Assembly: GCA_030429765.1 (NCBI GenBank)
Contig: JAUIER010000018.1
Span: 9,663 to 73,662, forward strand
Length of the DNA stretch: 64,000 nucleotides
Origin: a bacterium
GTDB lineage: Bacteria > Omnitrophota > Gorgyraeia > Zapsychrales > Zapsychraceae
Reading direction: 5' to 3'
Positions 1 through 9,935 of the stretch are shown here, one piece after another. The position numbers were made by a program, and so were the translations under genes. Under the pieces are notes generated by a model, which saw nothing but the letters and a program-made list of their open reading frames with translations, made no database searches and was not told the DNA's origin. Position 1 is the first letter of the stretch. Each line of letters begins with the position of its first letter.

Positions 1-16
1 GGGTCGTGCCCGGTTT

Positions 17-733
17 TTATCGGTAGGAGATGGGGTTCTGTTTTTTGGGGTTGTAGCGCCACTGGCGGTTATCCCAGAAACCGCGTTCTTTGCGACGGGC
101 TTCCTGATACAAATCCTTAAACTCATCCGAGTAGCGTACATTAGGTGAGATCGTCATCGGCTGAACATAACCGTCGTAAACCAATTCCGCGTTGAGCATC
201 AGCCATTGCCGGCACGAGCGTCGGCGTTCAAAACGTGGCGCCTCATCTCGCATCCCGTGAGGACAATTGGTCTCAACAATAAAACCTTCAAGAGTCTGAT
301 CATCCCGTCCCGGCTGATACCCTTCGACCTCTCGGTAGACATACGCCAGGAGTCGGCCATAGCGGTCCGTTTTCTGCGCGTCGAATTCAAGCATCACACG
401 ATCGCCCTTACGAACCACGCCCTTCACAAAACGGGTAACCTCCTTGCCCATTTGTTTGATACGGCGGACATCCTGACCGGTCCTTTGCGCGTCACGTTTG
501 GCCTTGTCATTGGCCCGGCTCTCGGGCGCGTCAATACCGATCAAACGGACAGTGTCGCCGTTAGCCAGTTCAATCGTGTCACCGTCAACAATCCGGTTGA
601 CGTTAGCAAACATCGTCTCCGGTGGAGGATTCAGATGATCCATCACCTGCTCGACATGCTCGCGCACCGGAGATTTGGGCATCGCGATAAATGCGATCAC
701 CATCACAATAAGGGGAATAATAAACTTTTTCAT
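17..733 (-). CDS. Thermonuclease (SNase-like) family protein, N-terminal signal/anchor
   Basis: Motifs VDGDTI, VRLIGIDAPE, DRYGRLLAYVY, EARRKERGFW; hydrophobic N-terminus. Confidence 0.9.
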   Translation of the reverse strand: MKKFIIPLIVMVIAFIAMPKSPVREHVEQVMDHLNPPPETMFANVNRIVDGDTIELANGDTVRLIGIDAPESRANDKAKRDAQRTGQDVRRIKQMGKEVTRFVKGVVRKGDRVMLEFDAQKTDRYGRLLAYVYREVEGYQPGRDDQTLEGFIVETNCPHGMRDEAPRFERRRSCRQWLMLNAELVYDGYVQPMTISPNVRYSDEFKDLYQEARRKERGFWDNRQWRYNPKKQNPISYR

Positions 734-792
734 AACAGGGGGACTACCCTGTTATTATTTCGCAAACTCCCCTCAAATCAATCTCTAAATGA

Positions 793-1293
793 TTATTTTT
801 CGGACGAATGGATCAATTCAACCGGTGGAGCCAGCTGAGTCAGATCAACCTCTCGATAGTCGTCGACCGACTCAAAGGCCTCGTAGGGAAAGGTGATCAG
901 CTCCAACGTTCCTGCGTACCTGGAATGAATTTGAGCGCGCAAAATTTTTGCAAAAGCGCGTACTTCGGCGGGACGTTTGATAAAGGCGAAGTGCGTCTGA
1001 CGATATCGATTGGTGAGGGCCGCGATCTTATCCCGTTTGGTCTTACCGCACTCAGCCCAAAAGACCGGCAGCTGATCGGCATCTAGTTCGACAAGATCCG
1101 GCCGGTAACGGCCCAGCGGCCGCGGTTCCACGACCACATCCGGGTATCTCGGAGAATAAAGGGCGTAGGCCAAGGCCTTGGCAAACACATGAAACCGTGT
1201 CTCAAACGGCCGCTTCTGCAACACCAGTTTGCGTTCACGGATATGAAACGTAAATTTTTCCTCAAGGTTGAGGTCCTGTGCATCGAGATCCAC
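793..1293 (-). CDS. YaeQ-like protein (restriction-endonuclease-like fold)
   Basis: ETRFHVFAKALAYAL, RPDLV, FWAECG pattern resembles YaeQ family; GTG start. Confidence 0.6.
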   Translation of the reverse strand: MDLDAQDLNLEEKFTFHIRERKLVLQKRPFETRFHVFAKALAYALYSPRYPDVVVEPRPLGRYRPDLVELDADQLPVFWAECGKTKRDKIAALTNRYRQTHFAFIKRPAEVRAFAKILRAQIHSRYAGTLELITFPYEAFESVDDYREVDLTQLAPPVELIHSSEK

Positions 1294-1316
1294 GCTAAGC
1301 CGCCCTAACCTTGCTG

Positions 1317-1508
1317 TTAACGCTTCCAGTCATCGGTCAGCATGCCCGCGAAGCCCCAATTTTCCGCTGCGATCTCCTGAATCACCACGTGAATGTGTTC
1401 GGGCTTTTTATTGAGATGCCGGACCAGCGAATCGGTTACATCTTTGACAATGGCCGACTTGGCCTGGCGATCCGCTCCCTGCAGAATTTGGATATTAACG
1501 TAAGGCAT
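1317..1508 (-). CDS. 4-oxalocrotonate tautomerase family protein
   Basis: 63 aa, N-terminal Pro after Met, HVVIQEI..ENWGFAG. Confidence 0.92.
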   Translation of the reverse strand: MPYVNIQILQGADRQAKSAIVKDVTDSLVRHLNKKPEHIHVVIQEIAAENWGFAGMLTDDWKR

Positions 1509-1527
1509 AAGTCTACAATATTTGTGA

Positions 1528-1923
1528 TTACGGAATCTTTGGTCCGGGGTACGTGTCCAGATGTTCCGCCACTTTGGTGTAGGTCTGAATCATCAACTCA
1601 TTCTTCTTTTTCTGCTCGCGTGTATCGGCTCCCAACATCTTAATCACCTCTGGGCATTCGAGGACCATTGAAAAGTCTGTCTCGACGCCTCGTTCGCTGT
1701 AGAGCTTGGCCAACTCACCCGTAAGCTCTTCCAGCTTAGGCCGTGAATCCAGTCGATCAATGATCGCCAATTTGTATTCCAAAGACGCGTCTTCCCACTG
1801 ACCTTGCTCGTGGAGTTCACGCGCGCGTTTATGATGCTTGGATCCGGACATGATTGAACTAATGGTGAGTCCTCCCCAAATCAAACCGCATATCACGGCA
1901 ATGACGAGCCATACCACCCACAT
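1528..1923 (-). CDS. Hypothetical protein with N-terminal TM helix and helical (TPR-like) domain
   Basis: ORF with hydrophobic N-terminus; packed between neighbours. Confidence 0.6.
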   Translation of the reverse strand: MWVVWLVIAVICGLIWGGLTISSIMSGSKHHKRARELHEQGQWEDASLEYKLAIIDRLDSRPKLEELTGELAKLYSERGVETDFSMVLECPEVIKMLGADTREQKKKNELMIQTYTKVAEHLDTYPGPKIP

Positions 1924-1925
1924 AA

Positions 1926-2399
1926 TTATGCCCCCCGCTGCTTTTGAAGATTTGTCAGCATCAAGTATTCACGGAAATTATCATATGTCTGCCACAACAT
2001 CCATACACCCAACCCCACATAAATAATCGGTGAATCCAAATCACCTGACGCGCTGAAGATAAACAATAGGACCGCAATCAAAAGACTGTCCACCGCCTGA
2101 ATGATCTTGACCTTGGGTGATTTCCAAAACAACGTGGCCAGCCCGGCCAAAACACCCAGTGCACCGACGACAATCATCGCTACCCCCATACCTTGCTGTC
2201 TGAGGTTGATCAGAAAAACCCCCAGACCGATAAATACACAACCATAGACCAAGGCGACTAAATCAAATTTTACGCTCACCGGAATCTGGGACTTTATCGC
2301 GTTTAGCTCATCCGATGGATGTTGGCCCGACGCGGCCAAAGGATCCGAATGCTTTTTACCGTCTCCGATTTCAAATAACTCATCAATATCATCAGACAT
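1926..2399 (-). CDS. Hypothetical membrane protein (about 4 TM)
   Basis: Hydrophobic segments; GGAGG upstream of ATG at 2399. Confidence 0.65.
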   Translation of the reverse strand: MSDDIDELFEIGDGKKHSDPLAASGQHPSDELNAIKSQIPVSVKFDLVALVYGCVFIGLGVFLINLRQQGMGVAMIVVGALGVLAGLATLFWKSPKVKIIQAVDSLLIAVLLFIFSASGDLDSPIIYVGLGVWMLWQTYDNFREYLMLTNLQKQRGA

Positions 2400-2622
2400 T
2401 GGCCGACCTCCGGTTGATTTGTTTAAAGAGCAAGACACCCAGGAACAAAGACAGTCCCAGGTCTGATAAAATAACGGTAATCCAGTTCACCCACATCCAG
2501 GCCGGCACTTCACCTAGGTCCATACTCATTCTTTTCGCTGCTGAGGCCACATTGTAAATTCCGAAGCCCAACCGCAAAATCATGCAGAAAAACGCAATGG
2601 CCGTTGCTGTTTTTAAAGACAT
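2392..2622 (-). CDS. Small hypothetical membrane protein (2 TM)
   Basis: 76 aa, two hydrophobic helices, G-rich RBS, overlaps next gene. Confidence 0.55.
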   Translation of the reverse strand: MSLKTATAIAFFCMILRLGFGIYNVASAAKRMSMDLGEVPAWMWVNWITVILSDLGLSLFLGVLLFKQINRRSANV

Positions 2623-2712
2623 ACCCCCCCCTTGCTTATTGTTACAATATTAATGATTTTATTATACACCAGGAGAGAATGATTATGAACAGTTTAAGCG
2701 GACTATAACAGA

Positions 2713-4578
2713 TTAGGGAATACGTTTGCGCGGTCCGAGGAGGATGGTGTCCTTGAGGGCCTGGACATTCTTGGCCATCAGCCATTTGTGGTCGAATTTC
2801 GGATCGCTGACGATCTGCGCGATGGCCGACAAGGCCCGCAGGTGATACGTGCGCTCATCTTTACTGCCGTACAATATGAAAACCGCGTTGATCTCGGGAT
2901 AGTCCTCGCTGAAGTAGATACCGTGACGGCAGCGGACCAGCACAACATTAAATATCTTCTCTCCTTCGACAACGACATGTGGAATCGCAACATCATAATT
3001 GAGGGCCGTCGTGCTTTCATGCTCCCGTTTGATTAACGACAGCTCAACCACTTCCTTACGGCAATTGAGGTCCTCCGCAATCTTTTCCGCGGCAATCTCG
3101 AATAACTGATCGGCTTTGATCGGTTCATTGATATCCAACACCCTGCAGTTCTCGATCATATGATCAAAACGGTCTTTGACAATTTCATCACGCTCCTGAA
3201 TGATCTCCTTGAGCTCATTTTCCAGTTGTCCGGTGACCAGCTCCTTGGCCGTCAAGCGCTCGATGATATGCAGCAAGGCAAACTTTTGTTCGGTCCTGAT
3301 CCGGCCATAAAACCAGTAAATAATAAAAGCCATCCCGATCAGAATGAGTTTGATGTACAACACTTCCTGGCTCATTTTCAAAAGGATCAATAAAAATAGC
3401 ACGGTCCCGACAATCTGCACCCATGGATAAAACGGTGATTTAAAGGTCGGCTGGTAGTTCATCACCCGGCTTTCGCGGAGAATCAAAACAGAGAGGTGAG
3501 CAAACAGGAACGTTAAGATTAATACTGTCGAGGCAAGTTCTACCAGGATATCCAGTTTTAGGAACAAGCTCACGATCAATACGGCCCCGGAGATGATTAT
3601 GGATGCGACGGGCGTCTGCATCTTGGGATGCAAGCGCTGCAGAAACTCGGGCAGCAATTTATCCCGGCTCAAGGCCATCGGATAGCGGGACGCGGCCATC
3701 AACCCTGCATTGGCCGTCGTAATAAAGGAGGCGATCGCGGCAAGGCTTAGGACCACAAATCCGCTCGTGCCCATCGTCTCTCGGGCGCCGAGCGAGATCG
3801 GCGTCAGCGACCCGTCCAATTTTTCCGCGCCGAGAACACCCGTGGTAATCAAGACGATAATAGAGTAAAACAGCGTTACCACCACCAGCGAGGCGATCAT
3901 CGCCCGGGGAATGACATGTTCAGCGCGTTTAACCTCTTCCGCTACACTTGCGACCTTGAGCAGCCCACCATAGGATACAAAGATATATCCCGATATCATG
4001 AAAACCGCGTCGAATCCGTAAGGCGCGAATGGCGAGAAATTCGTCACTTGGATGTGATCAACACTGGCCACCCCGTAGACCAGCAATGAGCCCATCAGGA
4101 AAAAGACAAGATACGACTGAGCCCGGCCGGCCTTCTTGGCGCCGAGCAGGTTGAGTGATATAAAAAGGAACGCGACCAGGATCCCCACCCAGGGGACGAC
4201 ATCCAGCGACGCTGACAGCGAAGGAAAGATCAAGGCTACAAACGCGCTGATCCCCACCAACGCGAACGCCGCTTTAAGCAATAGCGATAACCAGGTCAAC
4301 AGCCCCTGGATGGTGCCGACGGCCGGCCCCAAGCTTCGGGTCACAAAAAAATACGCGCCGCCGCTTTTGGGCATGGCTGAAACAAGCTCGGCCTGGCTCA
4401 GCAAACCGGTTAGCGCCAATAAACCCGCGAACAAATAAGCCAGGAACAGCGCCGGTCCGACCTTCGCGTGCGCGATACCCGGCAACACAAAGAGACCGGA
4501 GCTGATCATCGCTCCGGTCGCTAAGCAAAAGACATCTAGAAAGGTGAGTTCTTTTTTGAGTTTCGATTGTTCCGTCAT
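2713..4578 (-). CDS. APC-family amino acid permease fused to C-terminal PTS EIIA domain
   Basis: GAMISSGLFVLPG, AELVSAMPKSGG; C-terminal REHESTT..VAIPH and HLRALSAIA typical of PTS EIIA-2; start placed at MTEQSK. Confidence 0.88.
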   Translation of the reverse strand: MTEQSKLKKELTFLDVFCLATGAMISSGLFVLPGIAHAKVGPALFLAYLFAGLLALTGLLSQAELVSAMPKSGGAYFFVTRSLGPAVGTIQGLLTWLSLLLKAAFALVGISAFVALIFPSLSASLDVVPWVGILVAFLFISLNLLGAKKAGRAQSYLVFFLMGSLLVYGVASVDHIQVTNFSPFAPYGFDAVFMISGYIFVSYGGLLKVASVAEEVKRAEHVIPRAMIASLVVVTLFYSIIVLITTGVLGAEKLDGSLTPISLGARETMGTSGFVVLSLAAIASFITTANAGLMAASRYPMALSRDKLLPEFLQRLHPKMQTPVASIIISGAVLIVSLFLKLDILVELASTVLILTFLFAHLSVLILRESRVMNYQPTFKSPFYPWVQIVGTVLFLLILLKMSQEVLYIKLILIGMAFIIYWFYGRIRTEQKFALLHIIERLTAKELVTGQLENELKEIIQERDEIVKDRFDHMIENCRVLDINEPIKADQLFEIAAEKIAEDLNCRKEVVELSLIKREHESTTALNYDVAIPHVVVEGEKIFNVVLVRCRHGIYFSEDYPEINAVFILYGSKDERTYHLRALSAIAQIVSDPKFDHKWLMAKNVQALKDTILLGPRKRIP

Positions 4579-4580
4579 AT

Positions 4581-4640
4581 ACAGGTTGTTCCCGACTGGT
4601 TCATTGATGGTCGCGTGCAACAGTAGCCTGTCCCACTCAT
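4581..4640. repeat. Degenerate family-2 (GGGACAG) inverted-repeat element
   Basis: Minus strand ATGAGTGGGACAGGCTACTGTTGCAC resembles ATGAGGGACAGACACCTGTTTGCAC at about 32185-32209; other arm reduced to ACAGG next to the ATG. Confidence 0.45.
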
Positions 4641-4647
4641 ATCAATG

Positions 4648-5439
4648 CTACTTTTGATCATTCAGGGACCAGTCATACTTGAGCCACTTGATCTTCCATC
4701 TGTATTCCGATTCGGCCAGTGCGGCCCGAACCGATTCGTCGGGAATATAATAACTGATATATTCCAACATTTCACTACGATTTTTTCCAAAATCTTCGCG
4801 GAACCATTTGAAGATTGTCGAAAGATAAGCCACGTCGTTGACCGCATCAAACCGGTTCAGGTCTTGCCGTCCAAGAAACGCCCGACCTTGGTCATCAAGC
4901 TGCTCATTCAGCTTGTATCCTTCATAGGCTTCCTGCCGCAGCGGCGGACAACTCCTAGCCGCACACACGATCGCAAAATGAATACGCGCCTTCTCCGGCC
5001 CCTTTCGCAGGATTTCATGTTCGATATGACCGAGCGACATGGATTCACCCTGAATCTCGAAAAACTCCCGGTCCCATACCGTCGAGTTGAACACCGTACC
5101 GAACACCAACCCGCCAGTATGAAGCTTGCTGATACTCTCGACCGGATACTCGGTACAGATCACCTGCAATGTAAAGGCATTGTAGGCGTTGATCCAATAG
5201 GCGATCTGATCATTGGTGTTTAAATCCTGCCACATCGTATTGGACAACGTTTTGGTGTACTGCTCCAGCCGCGGATCCGCGCAGACAGCCGAATAGTTGA
5301 CCAGCCCGCGGGCATCGACATTGGTTTGCAGTAATTGAGTAAAAACGCCGTGCCGTTGGTCCGCCGCAGCAGGCTCCGTGAGGAACATGCCTCCGACGAC
5401 AACCGTCAGCACCGCCGTCAAAATTTTAATCGTCTTCAT
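4648..5439 (-). CDS. DUF547 domain-containing exported protein
   Basis: AYWINAYNA, IEHEILR, RIHFAIVCAARSCPPL, YDWSLN; signal peptide. Confidence 0.92.
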   Translation of the reverse strand: MKTIKILTAVLTVVVGGMFLTEPAAADQRHGVFTQLLQTNVDARGLVNYSAVCADPRLEQYTKTLSNTMWQDLNTNDQIAYWINAYNAFTLQVICTEYPVESISKLHTGGLVFGTVFNSTVWDREFFEIQGESMSLGHIEHEILRKGPEKARIHFAIVCAARSCPPLRQEAYEGYKLNEQLDDQGRAFLGRQDLNRFDAVNDVAYLSTIFKWFREDFGKNRSEMLEYISYYIPDESVRAALAESEYRWKIKWLKYDWSLNDQK

Positions 5440-5534
5440 GATACACTCCATTCGCGCCGGCCCACAAACCTGTAATGGCTGGACCATCAAAGACGTGTCT
5501 ATGATTGGTGATGGGTAAGGATGTGTTTAAAAAG

Positions 5535-7424
5535 TTATCCCTCAATAAAACCCTGGTATTCCTCCAGCGTTCCATCGCGCATACAACATTCGATAATCTT
5601 ACGTCCCAGCGGATCCAGATCCTTTTCCTCAAGGTACATCGAGATCTCTTTCTTGAAGAAATCACTGAGGATCTTGGCGCCCTTGTCGTAGCCTTCCAGA
5701 CCCACCTCTTCCTGCGTATCGACTTGAAGGAACTCACGGTTCAGGAAGAACCCTTCGATCTGCATCGCGTGAATGGCATATCCCAAAAGCGGACAGCGGG
5801 ACGGCTCGATTTGATTGTCGCGGAACTTGGCGCTTCCCCGTCGAGACATATACTCACGGGCGATCCACTGCGCCATGAAACCGACGCGCCAGGCACCGAC
5901 ATGCTGATTCGGGATCAGGGAGTAGCGGGTTCTCGGTGTGTTGACAATTTGCCGCAGCAGCAGGTTAGCCTGATCCACGCGCCGTCCCGTGGCAAACGGC
6001 CAGTAAGATCCTACCCCTTCGCTGGTCATCCCTTCGGTATCGGTGATACTCGGATTGGCGTAACCGCGCGGAGCGACCAATCGCCACAACCAAGCCAGTG
6101 ACGGCGGCAAAATATGCAGAATTCCCATAATTCCGTAACTGGGCTTCTCCAATGTACACGGAGGCATACGCACGCCGAAACTGCGCACGTCCACCTCAAC
6201 CGGCTCATTGACAATATCGGGCACGCTTCGTCGAGGAATAATTACCCGCGGGTTCGGGCATCGAACCCCCGGCTCATCTTCGGTATGTTCCCATATTAAA
6301 CACGTCGCGTTGGGAACAGAATACATGTTTAAAAACACCAACGGCTCCGGCGGATTGGTACACAATTCTTCCAGATATCGATCCACACCGTAACGCTGAA
6401 TGTGATTGACCCGGACAAACCAGCCGGACTCGGCGTCCTGAATCACCAGTCGTCCGTTATCATTTTGAATGTCTTTGTTGCACAGGGCCATGTCATCGGT
6501 GATTGGATTGAGCGTACACCCCTGAAACAACGGAATGTAACGGCGTTTACCGTTGACAATATTCTCGCCGATCAGCAATCGTCCGTCGGGCTCACGATGC
6601 GGATACTGCAGCATCTCGCTCTTACCCCCGCCGCTGGCACCTTCGTGCATGATGACAAATTCATTATCGTATGGAGTATTGACCCGGACAGCGGAACCGT
6701 GCGTGGTGACCCAGCCTTCCTGCTCACCCAAATTCAGAAGCACCCCGTAAATCCCCTTCTTGGCGCTTGGCCCCGGATAGAGATTGAGTGAATAGATTTC
6801 GTGTAAATGATCGGAACGATCGTGGATAACGACCTGCTTGCCGTCGCAATGTGTGTGACGGAACGTCGGAGCGAGATAAATGATTGACTTGGGCTGAAAT
6901 CCTTCCTCAAGTTGTTCCGGCGGAATCAACCCCTGAATCTCGGCCAGCGCGGCGGCAAAGAAGGTCGCATTAACCGGCCCGACGAGCAATGATCCAAAAT
7001 CCAATGCCGGCCCACCGGCATAAAATGGCAGCACCACCAATTCCTGGCCGGCCAGCCAATCCATCATCTCCACCTTCATTTCGGCAAAAGGTTTTTTGAA
7101 ACGTGAGTTGTAATGCGGTTTATCAGTCGGCGTATCATCGGCGATCACCATGCAGTTGGGATCCCGTCGGCGCATGTAGATTTCCGTGTAATTAGCGGAG
7201 AGCCCGTTGCGACAGCGATGCAGCACGGCTTCCTTGACCGTGCCCTTGCCCGGAATGGCGTATTCGACATCAAACGTGTCTTTGTCCGGACCGCCCAAGG
7301 CCAAATCAATCAGTTCACGCTTATTTTTGGGCATGTGAACTTTCGGCGCCGCTTTAAGGGTTTCAACCAATGCTTCGGGCAGATTCATCTCCCGCCATGA
7401 TATTTCCGTAGTTTTTAACATCAA
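5535..7424 (-). CDS. DUF4914 family protein (PEP-carboxykinase-like fold)
   Basis: YMRRRDP, NLYPGPSAKKG, P-loop HEGASGGGKSEM, TDDM, SEGVGSYWPFATG. Confidence 0.85.
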   Translation of the reverse strand: MMLKTTEISWREMNLPEALVETLKAAPKVHMPKNKRELIDLALGGPDKDTFDVEYAIPGKGTVKEAVLHRCRNGLSANYTEIYMRRRDPNCMVIADDTPTDKPHYNSRFKKPFAEMKVEMMDWLAGQELVVLPFYAGGPALDFGSLLVGPVNATFFAAALAEIQGLIPPEQLEEGFQPKSIIYLAPTFRHTHCDGKQVVIHDRSDHLHEIYSLNLYPGPSAKKGIYGVLLNLGEQEGWVTTHGSAVRVNTPYDNEFVIMHEGASGGGKSEMLQYPHREPDGRLLIGENIVNGKRRYIPLFQGCTLNPITDDMALCNKDIQNDNGRLVIQDAESGWFVRVNHIQRYGVDRYLEELCTNPPEPLVFLNMYSVPNATCLIWEHTEDEPGVRCPNPRVIIPRRSVPDIVNEPVEVDVRSFGVRMPPCTLEKPSYGIMGILHILPPSLAWLWRLVAPRGYANPSITDTEGMTSEGVGSYWPFATGRRVDQANLLLRQIVNTPRTRYSLIPNQHVGAWRVGFMAQWIAREYMSRRGSAKFRDNQIEPSRCPLLGYAIHAMQIEGFFLNREFLQVDTQEEVGLEGYDKGAKILSDFFKKEISMYLEEKDLDPLGRKIIECCMRDGTLEEYQGFIEG

Positions 7425-7434
7425 ATGTCCTCTC

Positions 7435-7943
7435 TCAATTGAATATTGCCTGATACAGCGTCGACTTTCCGCTCCTGAGTTCCTTTACCATCTCATCTAT
7501 TTTTACCGCTTCATCGGGAATGACCCCCCGGACGTAGCGTTTCAAATATTTGGCCTGATCATAATACTTCTGATCAATTCCAGCTATTTTACCATTACTG
7601 GCCTGAATTTCATCAATTACTTGCGTGAAGACCTTGGCCGTAAAATAAGCGTCATCCAGGTAGCCGAAGAGCCCCACTTGTCTGTGGACAGAAAATCCTG
7701 CGGTGTATAAAGATACGTCAATAGATACCCTCCCAACCGCTTGACTTCGGTGGGATTTTCCTGATTATTCCAGTGCTGGTAGATACGCCCCACCAGGTCG
7801 GGCATCAAGACAATGATCTCTTTAAGCCGATCCTCCAGGATCATCGTGGCCCGCTTTCCCACCCGTGCCCGCAGGTGAACATGGAAGTTTGTCTGATCTG
7901 TTTCGGCCAACGTCTTTAACTGCTCTTTCATCGCTCGTAACAT
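7435..7943 (-). pseudogene. DUF1232/YkvA-like gene split by a single-base frameshift (or sequencing indel)
   Basis: ORF 7617-7943 gives YLYTPQDFLSTDKWG and ORF 7435-7677 gives LFGYLDDAY; one extra G in the run at 7672-7675 joins them into a 169-aa ORF. Confidence 0.8.
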
Positions 7944-8061
7944 GGAAACCTCCTTAGGTTAATGAAAACGGATTGTGCTTGACTTCATCTATGCCAAAGT
8001 ATACACTTGATCTGCACATTTGTTAAATAGATAAATTTAATTAATTATATTTAATTTACCT

Positions 8062-8994
8062 ATGATACCTTTCAACTACCATCACCTCTACTATTTCTAT
8101 GTCATTGCCCAGGAAGGCTCGATTTCCAAGGCCACCAAGCAGCTACGACTGGCCCAGCCCACATTAAGCGCGCAGCTGCGGCAATTCGAAGAATTCCTGA
8201 ACGTAAAACTCTTTATCAGGGAAAAGCGAAAGCTCATTCTCACGGATGAAGGTCATAAAGTGCTTTCCTATGCCAAACTGATTTTTGATATCGGACAGGA
8301 ACTCAAAGACCGAATGGTCGATCTGTCCCATCAGGGCCGGCCGCATATCTCCATCGGGATCAGCAATTTTGTGCCCAAGACTATTGTGGACTTACTGCTC
8401 AATTTCATCCTGGTCAGCGACGGAGAAACGTATATTCAATTGAAAAAGGACCGCATGGACCGGCTGGTCCGCGATCTGGATGATCACATTGTTGATATTA
8501 TCCTTACGGACACCCCTTTTGAGGCCAAATTAAGCGGTGATATCCGTAATAAGTTTATCGGCAAGATCCCGATTGTTTTCTGCGCGCATCCGCGCATTGC
8601 CAAGCGGCTCAAGAATTTTCCAAAGTGCCTGCACGAGACACCTCTTCTCTTTCCTACGGCACCGGCCCAGATTGCCTATGCGCTCAAAGAGTTTTTTTAT
8701 GAGCATCACATCGAGCCCAAGATTGTAGCGGAACTGCAGGATATCGAGGCCATCCGCCGACTGGCCCTCCGTGGATACGGCGTCGCGCCGCTCAACCTTT
8801 TAACCGTCAAAGAAGCCCCTTCACGTCAAAAGCTGACGATCATCAATGCAAAATCCAAAAAGCATGTCTATGAGAAGGTATATTTGATCAGTAAGACACG
8901 TAAACAGGAACTGCCTGTGGTCGAACACATTTTTAAAAACTTCCACCTGGACCATTTACTTAGCGATAAGGCAGAACAATCTGTCAAAAACTAG
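8062..8994 (+). CDS. LysR-family transcriptional regulator (NhaR-like)
   Basis: FNYHHLYYFYVIAQEGSISKA..LRLAQPTLSAQL HTH typical of the NhaR subgroup. Confidence 0.92.
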   Translation: MIPFNYHHLYYFYVIAQEGSISKATKQLRLAQPTLSAQLRQFEEFLNVKLFIREKRKLILTDEGHKVLSYAKLIFDIGQELKDRMVDLSHQGRPHISIGISNFVPKTIVDLLLNFILVSDGETYIQLKKDRMDRLVRDLDDHIVDIILTDTPFEAKLSGDIRNKFIGKIPIVFCAHPRIAKRLKNFPKCLHETPLLFPTAPAQIAYALKEFFYEHHIEPKIVAELQDIEAIRRLALRGYGVAPLNLLTVKEAPSRQKLTIINAKSKKHVYEKVYLISKTRKQELPVVEHIFKNFHLDHLLSDKAEQSVKN

Positions 8995-9029
8995 ATCCCT
9001 GTTTTGCATTTCTTCGTTATAATAATCGC

Positions 9030-9491
9030 ATGAAATTATTCAATCAGATTTTGTTTATGATGATCATCGTTGTGATCACATCCGGCTGTTCATCATTCCG
9101 CCCCAAAGCGGTCGGACTCAAGGATGGCCGATTGCAGCCCTGTCCTCCGGCCCCCAAATGTGTGTCGTCGTATTACGCAAAGGGCATTCATCATGTCAAA
9201 CCGCTTCGCTACCGGGACTCCCGGGCCGAGGCTTACCAGCGACTCATCAATATCATCAAGAGTATGAAAAAATCAGAAATCGTGACGGCTGACCCTGACT
9301 ATATCCACGTGCAGTTTGAAGTCACGCGGATCAAGTGGATTGACAATACCGAATTTCTGTTTGACGACGAAGAAAAGATCATTCATGTCTCTTCGACTCC
9401 GGCGGCCAAGATCGGCTTCTGGGATTGGGGTGAAAATCGTCGACGAGTCAAGCTCATCAAATCCCGCTTTGAAGCCGATATAAAAGATTAA
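9030..9491 (+). CDS. DUF1499 domain lipoprotein
   Basis: Lipobox TSGC; LQPCPPAPKCVSS; DWGENRRRV. Confidence 0.85.
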   Translation: MKLFNQILFMMIIVVITSGCSSFRPKAVGLKDGRLQPCPPAPKCVSSYYAKGIHHVKPLRYRDSRAEAYQRLINIIKSMKKSEIVTADPDYIHVQFEVTRIKWIDNTEFLFDDEEKIIHVSSTPAAKIGFWDWGENRRRVKLIKSRFEADIKD

Positions 9492-9919
9492 TGTACGAAG
9501 ATCCCTATTACACCGACAGCATTATCCGTCCGGGATGTGTCCATTACCGCCTCCGTCAGGATCGGGTGATTCTCGGATACATGCAGATTGGCCCGACTCG
9601 ATCCGTGTACTATTCCAAAGATAATTTCTGGTGGCGCAGCGAACCGATCGAGTTCAAACAGAAGGACCGCTCCACGGAGATATACGATGCCAACCGGCAG
9701 ATGATCTTTGAGCACGATTTGGTCCGTCAACGCCGGCAAAGTGAAAAGGATTATACCAAGGTCGGGATTGTGGTGTGGAACGCGGCCCGAGACCGCTTTG
9801 ATATCAATTACATTGAGGAAGGCAAAGTGGAACGCTTTCAAAAAGGACGAAAACCGTCGCCCTTCCGGGACGATCTCAAGGTTTCCGCGCAGATGTTTCC
9901 GGTCGACGAATCCCCGTAA
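9491..9919 (+). CDS. Hypothetical protein, weak YopX-like similarity
   Basis: STEIYDANRQMIFEHDLV resembles the YopX TGLKDKNGKEIYEGDIV motif; TAATG coupling. Confidence 0.5.
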   Translation: MYEDPYYTDSIIRPGCVHYRLRQDRVILGYMQIGPTRSVYYSKDNFWWRSEPIEFKQKDRSTEIYDANRQMIFEHDLVRQRRQSEKDYTKVGIVVWNAARDRFDINYIEEGKVERFQKGRKPSPFRDDLKVSAQMFPVDESP

Positions 9920-9935
9920 ATGTCAGACTTAAAAC

